A stretch of 32,000 nt of DNA from the NCBI RefSeq assembly GCF_001945605.1, contig NZ_MPKA01000034.1, positions 6,759 through 38,758 on the forward strand, read 5' to 3'. The DNA comes from Dubosiella newyorkensis (GTDB lineage Bacteria; Bacillota_I; Bacilli_A; Erysipelotrichales; Erysipelotrichaceae). Shown here one piece after another: positions 8,146 through 16,377 of this stretch. A model generated the notes under the pieces. It was not told the DNA's origin. It saw only the letters and a list, made by a program, of their open reading frames with translations, and made no database searches. The number at the start of each line of letters is the position of its first letter. Within the stretch, counting starts at the first letter, position 1. The position numbers and the translations under genes are program-made.

Positions 8146-9103
8146 GAAATGGCTCCTCTATCGCATCGACTTCCGCCGTTAATTTTTTATACATCTTTTT
8201 TTGTTTGGAACTTTCCATCATGATCGGAATAGATAGCGCCACCCCAACCAAGATCGCAGTGAACAATTTCAAGTTATCTGCGTTTAAACCAAGCTGCAGC
8301 ACGACGGCTACAATGATCCGGTAGCAGATCGACCCGATCACAATCGAGATCAAACGCCTAGCGAATCCGCCTTTTCTTCCAAAGAGCACTTCACCTAACA
8401 CGATGGACGCTAGCGCCATGACGATCGCGCCGATCCCCATCTTGACATCCGAATACCCTTGTTGTTGAGCGACCAAAGCCCCCGAAAAGGCGTTGAGCGC
8501 ATTTGAGAGCATCAAAGCAAGAATGATCGTGACATTCGTTGAGATCCCGTTGGCTCGAACCATATTCGCATTGTTTCCCGTCGCGCGGATAGCTGAACCG
8601 ATCTCCGTTCCAAAAAACCAATAGAGAACTCCGATCACCAGCGCCGCGATCAAGATCCCGATCAGAAGAACGACTAAATTGTTTGTTGAGATCCATACGC
8701 TCACGCTCCGTGGCAGATCGATCACATCGGCGACCTTTGAAAATATCGTTTCCGTATTCAGCAAAGGCAAATTACTCTTTTGCATGATCATCAAGTTGAT
8801 GGAATACAAACCAATCTGGGTCAATATTCCTGCTAAAATTGCTGGGATCTTGCAAATCGTATTCAAGATTCCCGTCACAGCTCCCGCTAAGGCGCCCGCG
8901 ATCAATGCAAACAGCAAAGAAAGCCATGGATCCATCCCATTGACGATCAAGATCGCGCTCACTGCGCCTCCTGTCGCAAAGCTCCCGTCGACCGTTAAAT
9001 CCGCAAAATCGAGGAGACGAAAGGTGATATAGACACCTAACGCCATGATCCCCCATAAGATCCCTTGACCGATCGCGCCCTCTATTGATAATAAAATTGA
9101 CAT
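8132..9103 (-). CDS. ABC transporter permease
   Basis: 323-aa polytopic membrane protein lying between the binding-protein and ATPase genes, with 1-nt spacing to the upstream gene. Confidence 0.85.
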   Translation of the reverse strand: MSILLSIEGAIGQGILWGIMALGVYITFRLLDFADLTVDGSFATGGAVSAILIVNGMDPWLSLLFALIAGALAGAVTGILNTICKIPAILAGILTQIGLYSINLMIMQKSNLPLLNTETIFSKVADVIDLPRSVSVWISTNNLVVLLIGILIAALVIGVLYWFFGTEIGSAIRATGNNANMVRANGISTNVTIILALMLSNALNAFSGALVAQQQGYSDVKMGIGAIVMALASIVLGEVLFGRKGGFARRLISIVIGSICYRIIVAVVLQLGLNADNLKLFTAILVGVALSIPIMMESSKQKKMYKKLTAEVDAIEEPFHARD

Positions 9104-9104
9104 A

Positions 9105-10088
9105 CTATTCGATGATTTCCGCTTCTTCTTTCAAATCACTTGGAATTTCAATACCGATTTCTTCGACTGTTTTGCCGTTGATCGTAAGTTTACATTTTTC
9201 ATTTGGCAAATATTCGATAGCCATCGTCTTTGGATCGCTTTCGCCCTTTAAAATTTCTGCGGCTTGCTTGCCCGCCATTTTTCCAAGCTCATAGTAATCC
9301 AGCCCATAAGTCGCAAGCCCTCCATTGGCAACCATTCCCTCTTCGCCAACGATCGTGGGGATCTTGTTCGCATTCGTCACTTGTGTAAGCGAAGCCATTC
9401 CTTCAGCGAGCAGGTTGTCTGTAGGAACATAGATCGCGTCGACTTTTCCAACGAGCGATTCAGTCACTTGCTGAATCTGATTGGAATCAGTAACAGTTGC
9501 TTCAACGACTTCTAGATCAAGATCTTCTGCTTTCTTCTTCGCTAGATCTGCCTGAAAGCGGGAATTATCTTCCGCGTTGCAATACATGATCGCGATCTTC
9601 TTGGCATTTGGAACCATCTGCTTGAGCAGATCGATCTGCGCGTCGATCGGATTCAAATCCGAAGTTCCTGTCACGTTCGTATCTGGCTTGTCATTTGATT
9701 TTACAAGACCGGATGTTTGAGGATCCGTCACAGCGGATACGACGATTGGAATATCTTTCGTCTCGTTGGCAGCTGCTTGGGCCGAAGGTGTCGCGATCGC
9801 ATAGATCAGATCTACATTATCATTGACAAATGTGTTCGCGATCGTTTTATTGTTAGATTGATCGCCTTGTGCGTTTTTATAATCGATCTCGACCGCATCC
9901 GTGTCGTATCCATTTTCTTTCAAGCCCTCCACAAAACCTTCATACGCTTGGTCTAAAGCAGGGTGTTCGGCATATTGAATGATCCCGATATTCGCTTTTT
10001 CGCCTTCTCCTTCCGTTTGGCCTTGAGAACAGCCGACCATAGCGAGCGCCATCGTGGCGGCTGCACACGATTTTAAAAATTTGTTCAT
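9105..10088 (-). CDS. ABC transporter substrate-binding lipoprotein (ABC_sub_bind / PF04392-like)
   Basis: Signal peptide plus lipobox (ALAMVGC-SQ). IGIIQYAEHPALDQAYEGFVEGLKENGY is typical of this family. Confidence 0.85.
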   Translation of the reverse strand: MNKFLKSCAAATMALAMVGCSQGQTEGEGEKANIGIIQYAEHPALDQAYEGFVEGLKENGYDTDAVEIDYKNAQGDQSNNKTIANTFVNDNVDLIYAIATPSAQAAANETKDIPIVVSAVTDPQTSGLVKSNDKPDTNVTGTSDLNPIDAQIDLLKQMVPNAKKIAIMYCNAEDNSRFQADLAKKKAEDLDLEVVEATVTDSNQIQQVTESLVGKVDAIYVPTDNLLAEGMASLTQVTNANKIPTIVGEEGMVANGGLATYGLDYYELGKMAGKQAAEILKGESDPKTMAIEYLPNEKCKLTINGKTVEEIGIEIPSDLKEEAEIIE

Positions 10089-10157
10089 TGTATTTCTCCT
10101 TTCGATTTTCTCTCTATTGCCTCATTTTACACTAAATATAACAGAATGAAAAGAATG

Positions 10158-10184
10158 AAAAAAAATGAAACTCAGCGAGTTTCA
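10158..10184 (-). terminator. Rho-independent terminator after the DUF4317-like/3-TM operon
   Basis: Minus strand has TGAAACTC-GCT-GAGTTTCA followed by T8. It overlaps the stop codon at 10182. Confidence 0.7.
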
Positions 10185-10730
10185 TCCTAATACATTTTCA
10201 ATCACGACTTTCATTACGTATAAAACAGTGGAAATCGTTAACAAACGAACAGCCCCATTGTACATCGCTTGCTTATAGTCGAGCTCTTTTCGAAAAGAAT
10301 CGATGACAAGACATAGATCGTCGATCATTTTTTGGGCCACTTCACTTGCAGGAAGTTTGTAAAGAGAAGGGATATTGAAACGAGTCGCATCGAGTTCATG
10401 TTCTCTTTTGGTCACTGAGATCTTGAGCGCGATAAAGGTTGTCAAAAGCATCCCAAGAAGCGAGGCGAGCGACAAGATTTGATACAACCCTGTGTGAATA
10501 AAAGCGATAAGAGAGCTTAGATCCCAACCTCGAAACATTTCCTTCCATTTCATATCATTGACGACCACGATCAATAAAGCCGCCATGAACGCGATCAAGA
10601 TCGATACTTTCGTATAAATATCATCTTCGATCTTGATCAAGCGCTTATATTGAGTATCGCATAAAAATGCGACCATCAAATAAGAAGGTTCTACTGTTGA
10701 CTGGAGAAGGTCTTCCGAATACTTATTCAT
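10182..10730 (-). CDS. Hypothetical 3-TM membrane protein
   Basis: 182 aa. Predicted TMs are VSILIAFMAALLIVVV, LIAFIHTGLYQILSLASLLGMLLTTFIAL and AVRLLTISTVLYVMKVVI. It starts 10 nt after the upstream gene. No family recognised. Confidence 0.7.
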   Translation of the reverse strand: MNKYSEDLLQSTVEPSYLMVAFLCDTQYKRLIKIEDDIYTKVSILIAFMAALLIVVVNDMKWKEMFRGWDLSSLIAFIHTGLYQILSLASLLGMLLTTFIALKISVTKREHELDATRFNIPSLYKLPASEVAQKMIDDLCLVIDSFRKELDYKQAMYNGAVRLLTISTVLYVMKVVIENVLG

Positions 10731-10740
10731 AATCTCTCCT

Positions 10741-11877
10741 TCATGGCTTCATTTCGATCCCATTGATCTCAACGGAATCATCCAGCTCGATCACTAAGCA
10801 CTTTCTGCCATTTACGATTTCAGTCTTCACTTTTGTATCTCCGCCATTTTTGACATTTACTGTAATATCCGGCACCTTGATCGCCATCTTCTGCACATTC
10901 GTCATGTTCACGGCCTTCAACTCTTGATCATCCAAGATGCTTTTATAGACGGCATCAAAATGTTCCATCGATACAGGATCGGCTCCTGAATATTCAAGAA
11001 GCTTTTTTACATCGCTTTTTGAATAGACGATCGAGCTTGGCTCTTCTTCGCTTTCTGCGATCGAATCATAAATGTTTTCATGGATATTCGTGAGGACTTC
11101 CATCGACAAGCGGTCCTCGAACATTCCGATGAGCACTTGAGCAAAACGGCTCTCTTCATCAAGTGGAGACAGCGAATAGTCTACATCTAATACATTTTCA
11201 ATAAAAAAAGGATTGATCGATTTTGTATTCTTGGCATGATAGAGCACATGATTGACATCGCTTGCTCTTTCTGAAAAACACGGATATAAAAACGCATCCA
11301 CTGGATCGGCTTTGATTTCCATATCAATATTGACTTTACGTTCTACTTGATTGTTTTCTCGATTATAATACAATCCGATCTTTGTTTGATCGACCGGACA
11401 GATCGAAACCAGCATGAAGCGATAGGTATATCCATCTTCATAGCTCGCTTCTAGATTTTTTGATTTAAGAGGAACGGAATATTCACCGAAAGCCATCGTG
11501 ATGAACACAGTATTGGAGTAATGCCCTTCCTCTATGATTTTTTGGACTAAGCTTCGAAAGGAGTCTTCATCCTCTAATTGGTTTTTTACGATCTCGTACA
11601 GTTGTTCTTGCATTGGATTTGGCTTTCCATCCACTCTAGGAAAACCAAATTCCAGCAAATTCTTGCCTAAGGTTCCGGCCAAGGATTTTTTGAAAATCTC
11701 AATATATAGATCGCCTTCCTCTTGCGATAAAAGACTAAAATCTTTCATATCATAGCTCAAGATTTTTTTTTGTTCCGAATTGATCAAGGCATACGCGCTA
11801 GCGACTTTTGAAATATAGAGCAGTTCGTTTTCCCAAGTGATTTGTCGCTTTAGTTCTGCAAGTTCTTTTTTATTCAT
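10741..11877 (-). CDS. Conserved acidic cytoplasmic protein, DUF4317-like
   Basis: 378 aa. The start MNKKELAELKRQ..., then IEIFKKSLAGTLGKNLLEFGFP, LVSICPV, and the C-terminal IVNGRKCLVIELDDSVEINGIEMKP match my recollection of DUF4317 proteins of Clostridia/Erysipelotrichia. The assignment is from memory only. Confidence 0.75.
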   Translation of the reverse strand: MNKKELAELKRQITWENELLYISKVASAYALINSEQKKILSYDMKDFSLLSQEEGDLYIEIFKKSLAGTLGKNLLEFGFPRVDGKPNPMQEQLYEIVKNQLEDEDSFRSLVQKIIEEGHYSNTVFITMAFGEYSVPLKSKNLEASYEDGYTYRFMLVSICPVDQTKIGLYYNRENNQVERKVNIDMEIKADPVDAFLYPCFSERASDVNHVLYHAKNTKSINPFFIENVLDVDYSLSPLDEESRFAQVLIGMFEDRLSMEVLTNIHENIYDSIAESEEEPSSIVYSKSDVKKLLEYSGADPVSMEHFDAVYKSILDDQELKAVNMTNVQKMAIKVPDITVNVKNGGDTKVKTEIVNGRKCLVIELDDSVEINGIEMKP

Positions 11878-11991
11878 CTCTATCCTCCATTGATCTCATT
11901 GCCTATTATACATTTTTTCTAGAAAGTTTGAGATCTAGAAAGCAGAAGCACATAACGCGTTTTCAATATAGAAGCGTGATAGGGTGAAGTT

Positions 11992-12693
11992 ATGACGATC
12001 AGTAAACAAGAATTCTTAAGACAGTGCACCGAATTCGAGAATTTGATGCGCCATAAGTACAAGCTTCAGGAAAACGAGTCTCCTTATTATGAATTTGCGC
12101 ATCTGCCTGAATTCAAAGAATATATTGACGATATTAATGTGATCCGGATCTTGCGCAACACTTATGTCCACAATAATACTTTGATCAATGGAGAAGAAGC
12201 GTTCGAGATCAAGCCTGTGATCGAAAACGCATTGAACGAGATCATGGAAAAGCTAAAAAATCCTCCGATCGTTCAAAGCATATATACTTCGAAGGTGATC
12301 AGCGCCAAACCAAATGATCGAGTCTGGACTACGATGTATACGATGAAAGAAAAAGGCATTTCTTATGTACCCGTCTTGGAAAACAAACATGTTATTGGTG
12401 TCTTCAGCAAAACAACGATCTTCGACGCCTTGATCGACCACACCGTCATCAAAAAGAACGAAACGATTGGCGACTTGCTCAGATTCTTGCCCAACGATTC
12501 TGATTCCTATCAAGAATATGATTTTATAGGGATCCACGATTCGATCGAACATGCGCGGCAAATGTTTATGAAACTGAGAAAAAAGCCGCTCGAATTGTTG
12601 TTTGTCACCCAGAATGGTTCGAAAAACGAGCCACTGATAGGGGTTCTTAGTCCGTATGATCTTTTGAAGGATCGTAGCGAAGATCAAATATAG
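11992..12693 (+). CDS. CBS-pair protein with N-terminal RNxxxH (HEPN-like) helical domain
   Basis: The C-terminal ~140 aa contain two CBS motifs (VISAKPNDRVWTTMYTMKEKGISYVPVLENKHVIGVFSKTTIFDAL; ...LELLFVTQNGSKNEPLIGVLSPYDLLK). The N-terminal ~90 aa are helical and contain INVIRILRNTYVHNN (R55-x4-H60). Confidence 0.8.
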   Translation: MTISKQEFLRQCTEFENLMRHKYKLQENESPYYEFAHLPEFKEYIDDINVIRILRNTYVHNNTLINGEEAFEIKPVIENALNEIMEKLKNPPIVQSIYTSKVISAKPNDRVWTTMYTMKEKGISYVPVLENKHVIGVFSKTTIFDALIDHTVIKKNETIGDLLRFLPNDSDSYQEYDFIGIHDSIEHARQMFMKLRKKPLELLFVTQNGSKNEPLIGVLSPYDLLKDRSEDQI

Positions 12694-13252
12694 AAGCCTC
12701 TTCATTCAAGATCCGAGTTTTATAGAGCAGAAAGCCGTTATGGAGATATTTCTGCTTTTTATGTTCTTCATCCGTTTCAATGATGCAAAGGCATCCTCTT
12801 TCCTTCGCCATTTCTTTGGCGTCTTTGAGCAAGCGGCTCATATATCCGTGATTCCACGCCTCTTGTTTGACGGCGAGCAATTCGATATGGATAAAAGACT
12901 TCCCTTCTTTCCTCAATTGGATTTCTTGCGAACTGCCTCCTCTTGAGCCAAACTCCATATTTTTATAAAGATCCTTCCATCCTAGGATCTTGATCATGCC
13001 AATCAGTAGTCGAAAATACGCGAAAATAGGCGTTACACTTTTCTCATCGGAGATCAGCATGACTGCTTGATCATCCAACGAATAAATTGCACAATATTCA
13101 AGCATAACCGATATATTCAATAAAATATATCGTTCGATCTTTTCTTTGTTTTTGAAATGATAAAAAGAGGCGCTTGGATACGGGTAGAAGGCAAATGCTT
13201 TTGCGATCCAAGCTCTCTCTTGCGTACCTAACGTTAACTTTCTTATAGCCAT
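12647..13252 (-). CDS. GNAT-family N-acetyltransferase (probable)
   Basis: 201 aa. IHIELLAVKQEAWNHGYMSRLLKDAKEMAKERG resembles the GNAT motif A region (beta4-alpha3, Q/RxxGxG/A-like). Its 3' end overlaps the convergent CBS gene. Confidence 0.6.
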   Translation of the reverse strand: MAIRKLTLGTQERAWIAKAFAFYPYPSASFYHFKNKEKIERYILLNISVMLEYCAIYSLDDQAVMLISDEKSVTPIFAYFRLLIGMIKILGWKDLYKNMEFGSRGGSSQEIQLRKEGKSFIHIELLAVKQEAWNHGYMSRLLKDAKEMAKERGCLCIIETDEEHKKQKYLHNGFLLYKTRILNEEASIFDLRYDPSKDHTD

Positions 13253-13331
13253 GCTTTAAGAATAACGAAAAATCAGCAAAAAATGTAGCACAAATGAAGC
13301 ATTTGTAGACGAAAGAAAATATAATGAAACT

Positions 13332-14402
13332 ATGAAACGATATTCCTTAAGAAAAGCAAGCGTCCTATTGATGGCGGCTATGATCGGACTAGCGCCTCAA
13401 TATCTCTATGCTGCTGAAAAAGAAAAAAGTGAGCCGACCAACACAAATGCGGCTCTATTTAAAACACTGGATGAGCAAAAAGAAGCTCTGAAAGAATACC
13501 CGATCCTTTTTTCAGCTGGATTTAACGCGTTCAAAAACCAAACCGATGATGGAACCTATATCATTCCTGGGCTACTACATACCCAAAGTCTCAGCAAAGA
13601 AGGTAAAGTGAGCGAATGCGATGAAATGACACCACAAGGTGTGGCTGTCGTGGATGATTATATTATGATCAGCGCGTATTGTTATGAGCATGAACACAAC
13701 AGCGTCATTTATGTTTTGGATCGAAAAAATCACAACTATTTAAAAACGCTCGTTTTAAATGGTATGCCGCATGCCGGAAGTATCGCCTACGATCCTTTGA
13801 ACCGTAATCTTTGGATCGCCACAAAAAATGAAAAAAGAGATCGTGGTGCATTGTCCTACATCAGTCTTGCGAAAATCGATACGTATGATTTTGCTCATGA
13901 TAAGCGTGCGATCCTATACGACTATACCCTCGAGATCCCGACTTTAAAAGATGTCTCTTTCATGACTTACTATAAAAATCAAGTTTTTTGTGGATATTTT
14001 TCAAACGATGATAAGAATTTGAAAGTTTATACCTATGATATTGATCCGATGACAGGCAATCTTGTCACCAACAAGCATCATACGGCGATCGCGAAAGGCA
14101 TCGATCATATCGGTAATTATTGCCAAGGGATCGCGATCAATGATGAATACATCGTTCTTGCTGCTTCCGACGGCCCTGATTTGCAATCAAAACTCAGTTT
14201 TTATAGTCGAAAAGAAAATTATTTGCTCCCAAATACAGCAGAAGAAGTCATCGATCTGCCTCCTCGTCTTGAACAGATCTACTTCAATGGCGGCAATACG
14301 CTAATCTTGAATTTCGAATCGGCGGCAAAACACTATCGAGATGAAGGGATCTATCATATCGATCGTCTATTGAGTTTAAATGTGGATGATTTAATGAAAT
14401 AG
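13332..14402 (+). CDS. Secreted hypothetical protein (356 aa)
   Basis: Signal peptide MKRYSLRKASVLLMAAMIGLAPQYLYA-AEKEK. Repeated beta-strand-like blocks (GVAVVDDYIMISAY, GSIAYDPLNRNLWIA, QGIAINDEYIVLAAS) suggest a repeat or propeller-like fold. No family recognised. Confidence 0.75.
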   Translation: MKRYSLRKASVLLMAAMIGLAPQYLYAAEKEKSEPTNTNAALFKTLDEQKEALKEYPILFSAGFNAFKNQTDDGTYIIPGLLHTQSLSKEGKVSECDEMTPQGVAVVDDYIMISAYCYEHEHNSVIYVLDRKNHNYLKTLVLNGMPHAGSIAYDPLNRNLWIATKNEKRDRGALSYISLAKIDTYDFAHDKRAILYDYTLEIPTLKDVSFMTYYKNQVFCGYFSNDDKNLKVYTYDIDPMTGNLVTNKHHTAIAKGIDHIGNYCQGIAINDEYIVLAASDGPDLQSKLSFYSRKENYLLPNTAEEVIDLPPRLEQIYFNGGNTLILNFESAAKHYRDEGIYHIDRLLSLNVDDLMK

Positions 14403-14462
14403 ATTTTTTGGTTCCTCTTTCCGTGTTATGATTAAGTCTAAACGGAAAGGGGAATTTTTTAT

Positions 14463-15821
14463 ATGGAACGAGAGAAACTCAGCTCCCGTTTAGGTTTTAT
14501 TTTGATTTCTGCTGGTTGTGCGATCGGGATCGGAAATGTTTGGAAATTTCCATATGTGGCTGGCCAAAATGGTGGGGCTATCTTTATTTTGATCTATTTA
14601 TTGTTTTTGATCCTTTTAGGAATTCCCATCATGACGATGGAATTTTCTATGGGGCGGGCTTCTAGACGATCTCCTGCACGGATCTACGAACAATTAGAGC
14701 GCCCAGGAACCCATTGGCATTATCATGGAAAGATTGCAGTCGCAGGTAATTATTTATTAATGATGTTTTATACGACTGTAGCTGGCTGGATGTTGAAATA
14801 TTTTTTAGATTTTACGTTTGGGTGGATCGATATGTCTTCGCCTGAATCCGTCGCAATGCATTTTGAAGCGATGAACAAAGATCCTTTCACTCTTGTATCG
14901 ATGATGGCGATCGTCGTTGTTTTAGGTTTTGGGATCTGCGCTCTAGGTCTGCAGTCAGGCTTGGAGAAATTCAGCAAATGGATGATGTCTTCTTTATTGC
15001 TGATCATGCTCGTCTTAGCGATCAATTCGATTTTTCTAGAAGGCGCGCAAGAAGGATTGCGGTTTTATTTGCTGCCTAACTTGGATCGTTTTCTTGCAGC
15101 GGGTCCTTTTCAAGTGATCGTATCTGCTATGAATCAAGCGTTCTTCACTCTCTCTTTAGGAATTGGCGCCATGGCAATCTTTGGCTCCTATATTGACAAA
15201 AAGCATACTCTGTTGAGTGAATCGATCAATGTCGCTTTTCTTGATACATTTGTTGCGATCACGGCTGGCTTGATCATCATTCCCGCTTGTTTTGCTTTCA
15301 ATATAGAGGTGGGAGCAGGTCCATCCTTGATCTTTATCACTTTGCCAAATTTATTCCACAACATGCCGTTTGGTCGGCTATGGGGCGCTTTGTTTTTTGT
15401 TTTTATGTCTTTCGCTGCTTTTTCTACCGTTTTAGCTGTCTTTGAAAATATCATCTCAAGCACGATGGACCTATTTTCGGTTTCTAGAAAAAAAGCGTGT
15501 TTATATAATGTATTCATTGTTTTTCTTTTATCGCTTCCATGCGCTCTAGGATTCAATCTTTTAGAACAGATCGCCCCTCTAGGCACTGGAACGACGATAT
15601 TGGATCTCGAGGATTTTATCGTATCCAATCTGATTCTTCCGTTAGGCAGTTTTGTTTTTGTGCTTTTCTGTACATGGAAGCTTGGCTGGGGATGGAACTC
15701 GTTTGTGCAAGAAGCCAACCAAGGAAAAGGGATCAAAGTTCAGCCATGGATGAAAAACTACTGTAAGTTCGTTTTGCCTCTTGCGATCCTCTTTATCTTT
15801 CTTGCTGGTTTTTTCGCTTGA
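14463..15821 (+). CDS. Sodium-dependent transporter, neurotransmitter:sodium symporter (NSS/SNF) family
   Basis: Has the N-terminal NSS signature GFILISAGCAIGIGNVWKFPYVAGQNGGAIF. 452 aa with ~11-12 TMs. Confidence 0.9.
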   Translation: MEREKLSSRLGFILISAGCAIGIGNVWKFPYVAGQNGGAIFILIYLLFLILLGIPIMTMEFSMGRASRRSPARIYEQLERPGTHWHYHGKIAVAGNYLLMMFYTTVAGWMLKYFLDFTFGWIDMSSPESVAMHFEAMNKDPFTLVSMMAIVVVLGFGICALGLQSGLEKFSKWMMSSLLLIMLVLAINSIFLEGAQEGLRFYLLPNLDRFLAAGPFQVIVSAMNQAFFTLSLGIGAMAIFGSYIDKKHTLLSESINVAFLDTFVAITAGLIIIPACFAFNIEVGAGPSLIFITLPNLFHNMPFGRLWGALFFVFMSFAAFSTVLAVFENIISSTMDLFSVSRKKACLYNVFIVFLLSLPCALGFNLLEQIAPLGTGTTILDLEDFIVSNLILPLGSFVFVLFCTWKLGWGWNSFVQEANQGKGIKVQPWMKNYCKFVLPLAILFIFLAGFFA

Positions 15822-15827
15822 TCTTTT

Positions 15828-15851
15828 ACTCCCGGTCTGGGAGTTTTTTTT
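15828..15851 (+). terminator. Rho-independent terminator after NSS transporter
   Basis: ACTCCC-GGTCT-GGGAGT followed by T8. Confidence 0.7.
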
Positions 15852-15853
15852 AT

Positions 15854-15878
15854 AAAAAAATACCGGAGCCCCGGTATT
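15854..15878 (-). terminator. Rho-independent terminator after gamma-CA-like gene
   Basis: Minus strand has AATACCGG-GGCT-CCGGTATT followed by TTTTTTT. Confidence 0.7.
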
Positions 15879-16362
15879 AATATTGATCCTTTTTATATGC
15901 TTTAGCGAGTTCAGCATATTCTGCGGCGCTTAAAGCGTTTGCCTCGATTTCTTCTGGCGTGAGTTTACGGATAGCTTTGGCTGGCGAGCCTAAAATAAGC
16001 ATTCCTTCCTCGTATTCTTTATTTTGTGGAACGAGAGAGCCAGCTGCGACGATCGAATTTTTTTTGATTTTCGCTCCATTCAATACGATCGCTCCCATTC
16101 CGATCAGCGTGTTTTTTTCGATCGTACAGCCATGCAAGATCGCGCCATGTCCGACCGTGCATCCTTCAGAGACGATCGTATCATACCCTTCGTCGCAGTG
16201 GATGACGCAGTGATCTTGAATATTGCTTTCTTTCTTGATCAAGATCTTTGCGTGTTCAGCTCGAAGCACGCTCTGAAACCAAATGCTTGCGTTGGCTTCG
16301 ATTTCTACATTTCCTTTAATTGTCGCATTGGGTGCGATCCATGCGTTGTCATTAATTTTCAT
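15877..16362 (-). CDS. Gamma-class carbonic anhydrase-like / hexapeptide-repeat (LbH) protein, YrdA/PaaY type
   Basis: 161 aa. WIAPNATIKGNVEIEANASIWFQSVLRAE...IQDHCVIHCDEGYDTIVSEGCTVGHGAILHGCTIEKNTLIGMGAIVLNGAKI shows left-handed beta-helix hexapeptide repeats with the conserved His residues. Confidence 0.85.
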   Translation of the reverse strand: MKINDNAWIAPNATIKGNVEIEANASIWFQSVLRAEHAKILIKKESNIQDHCVIHCDEGYDTIVSEGCTVGHGAILHGCTIEKNTLIGMGAIVLNGAKIKKNSIVAAGSLVPQNKEYEEGMLILGSPAKAIRKLTPEEIEANALSAAEYAELAKAYKKDQY

Positions 16363-16377
16363 CCTATTCTCATTCTC

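Noticed and set aside
8391-9056. ORFs 8391-8696 (-), 8679-9032 (+) and 8772-9056 (-) inside the ABC permease gene
   Set aside because: These are out-of-frame or antisense shadows of a well-supported permease gene. Their Arg/Asp-rich translations follow from the GATC/CGA-rich codon usage.
10089-10157. Possible T-box or riboswitch leader in front of the PF04392-type (putative Trp/Tyr) ABC importer
   Set aside because: Only ~70 nt lie between the upstream terminator and the start codon. That is too short for a T-box (~200+ nt), and I see no specifier or T-box consensus.
14412-14462. Hairpin CTTTCCGT...ACGGAAAG upstream of the NSS transporter as a regulatory (RBS-sequestering) element
   Set aside because: It is most simply the terminator of the preceding gene, since a T-run follows after GGGGAA. 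The overlap with the AAAGGGGA SD may be incidental, and I have no evidence for a ligand-binding fold.
15188-15736. 182-aa minus-strand ORF antisense to the NSS transporter
   Set aside because: It is long, but lies entirely within a gene carrying the unmistakable NSS signature. Its composition is basic and low-complexity, and it has no SD.
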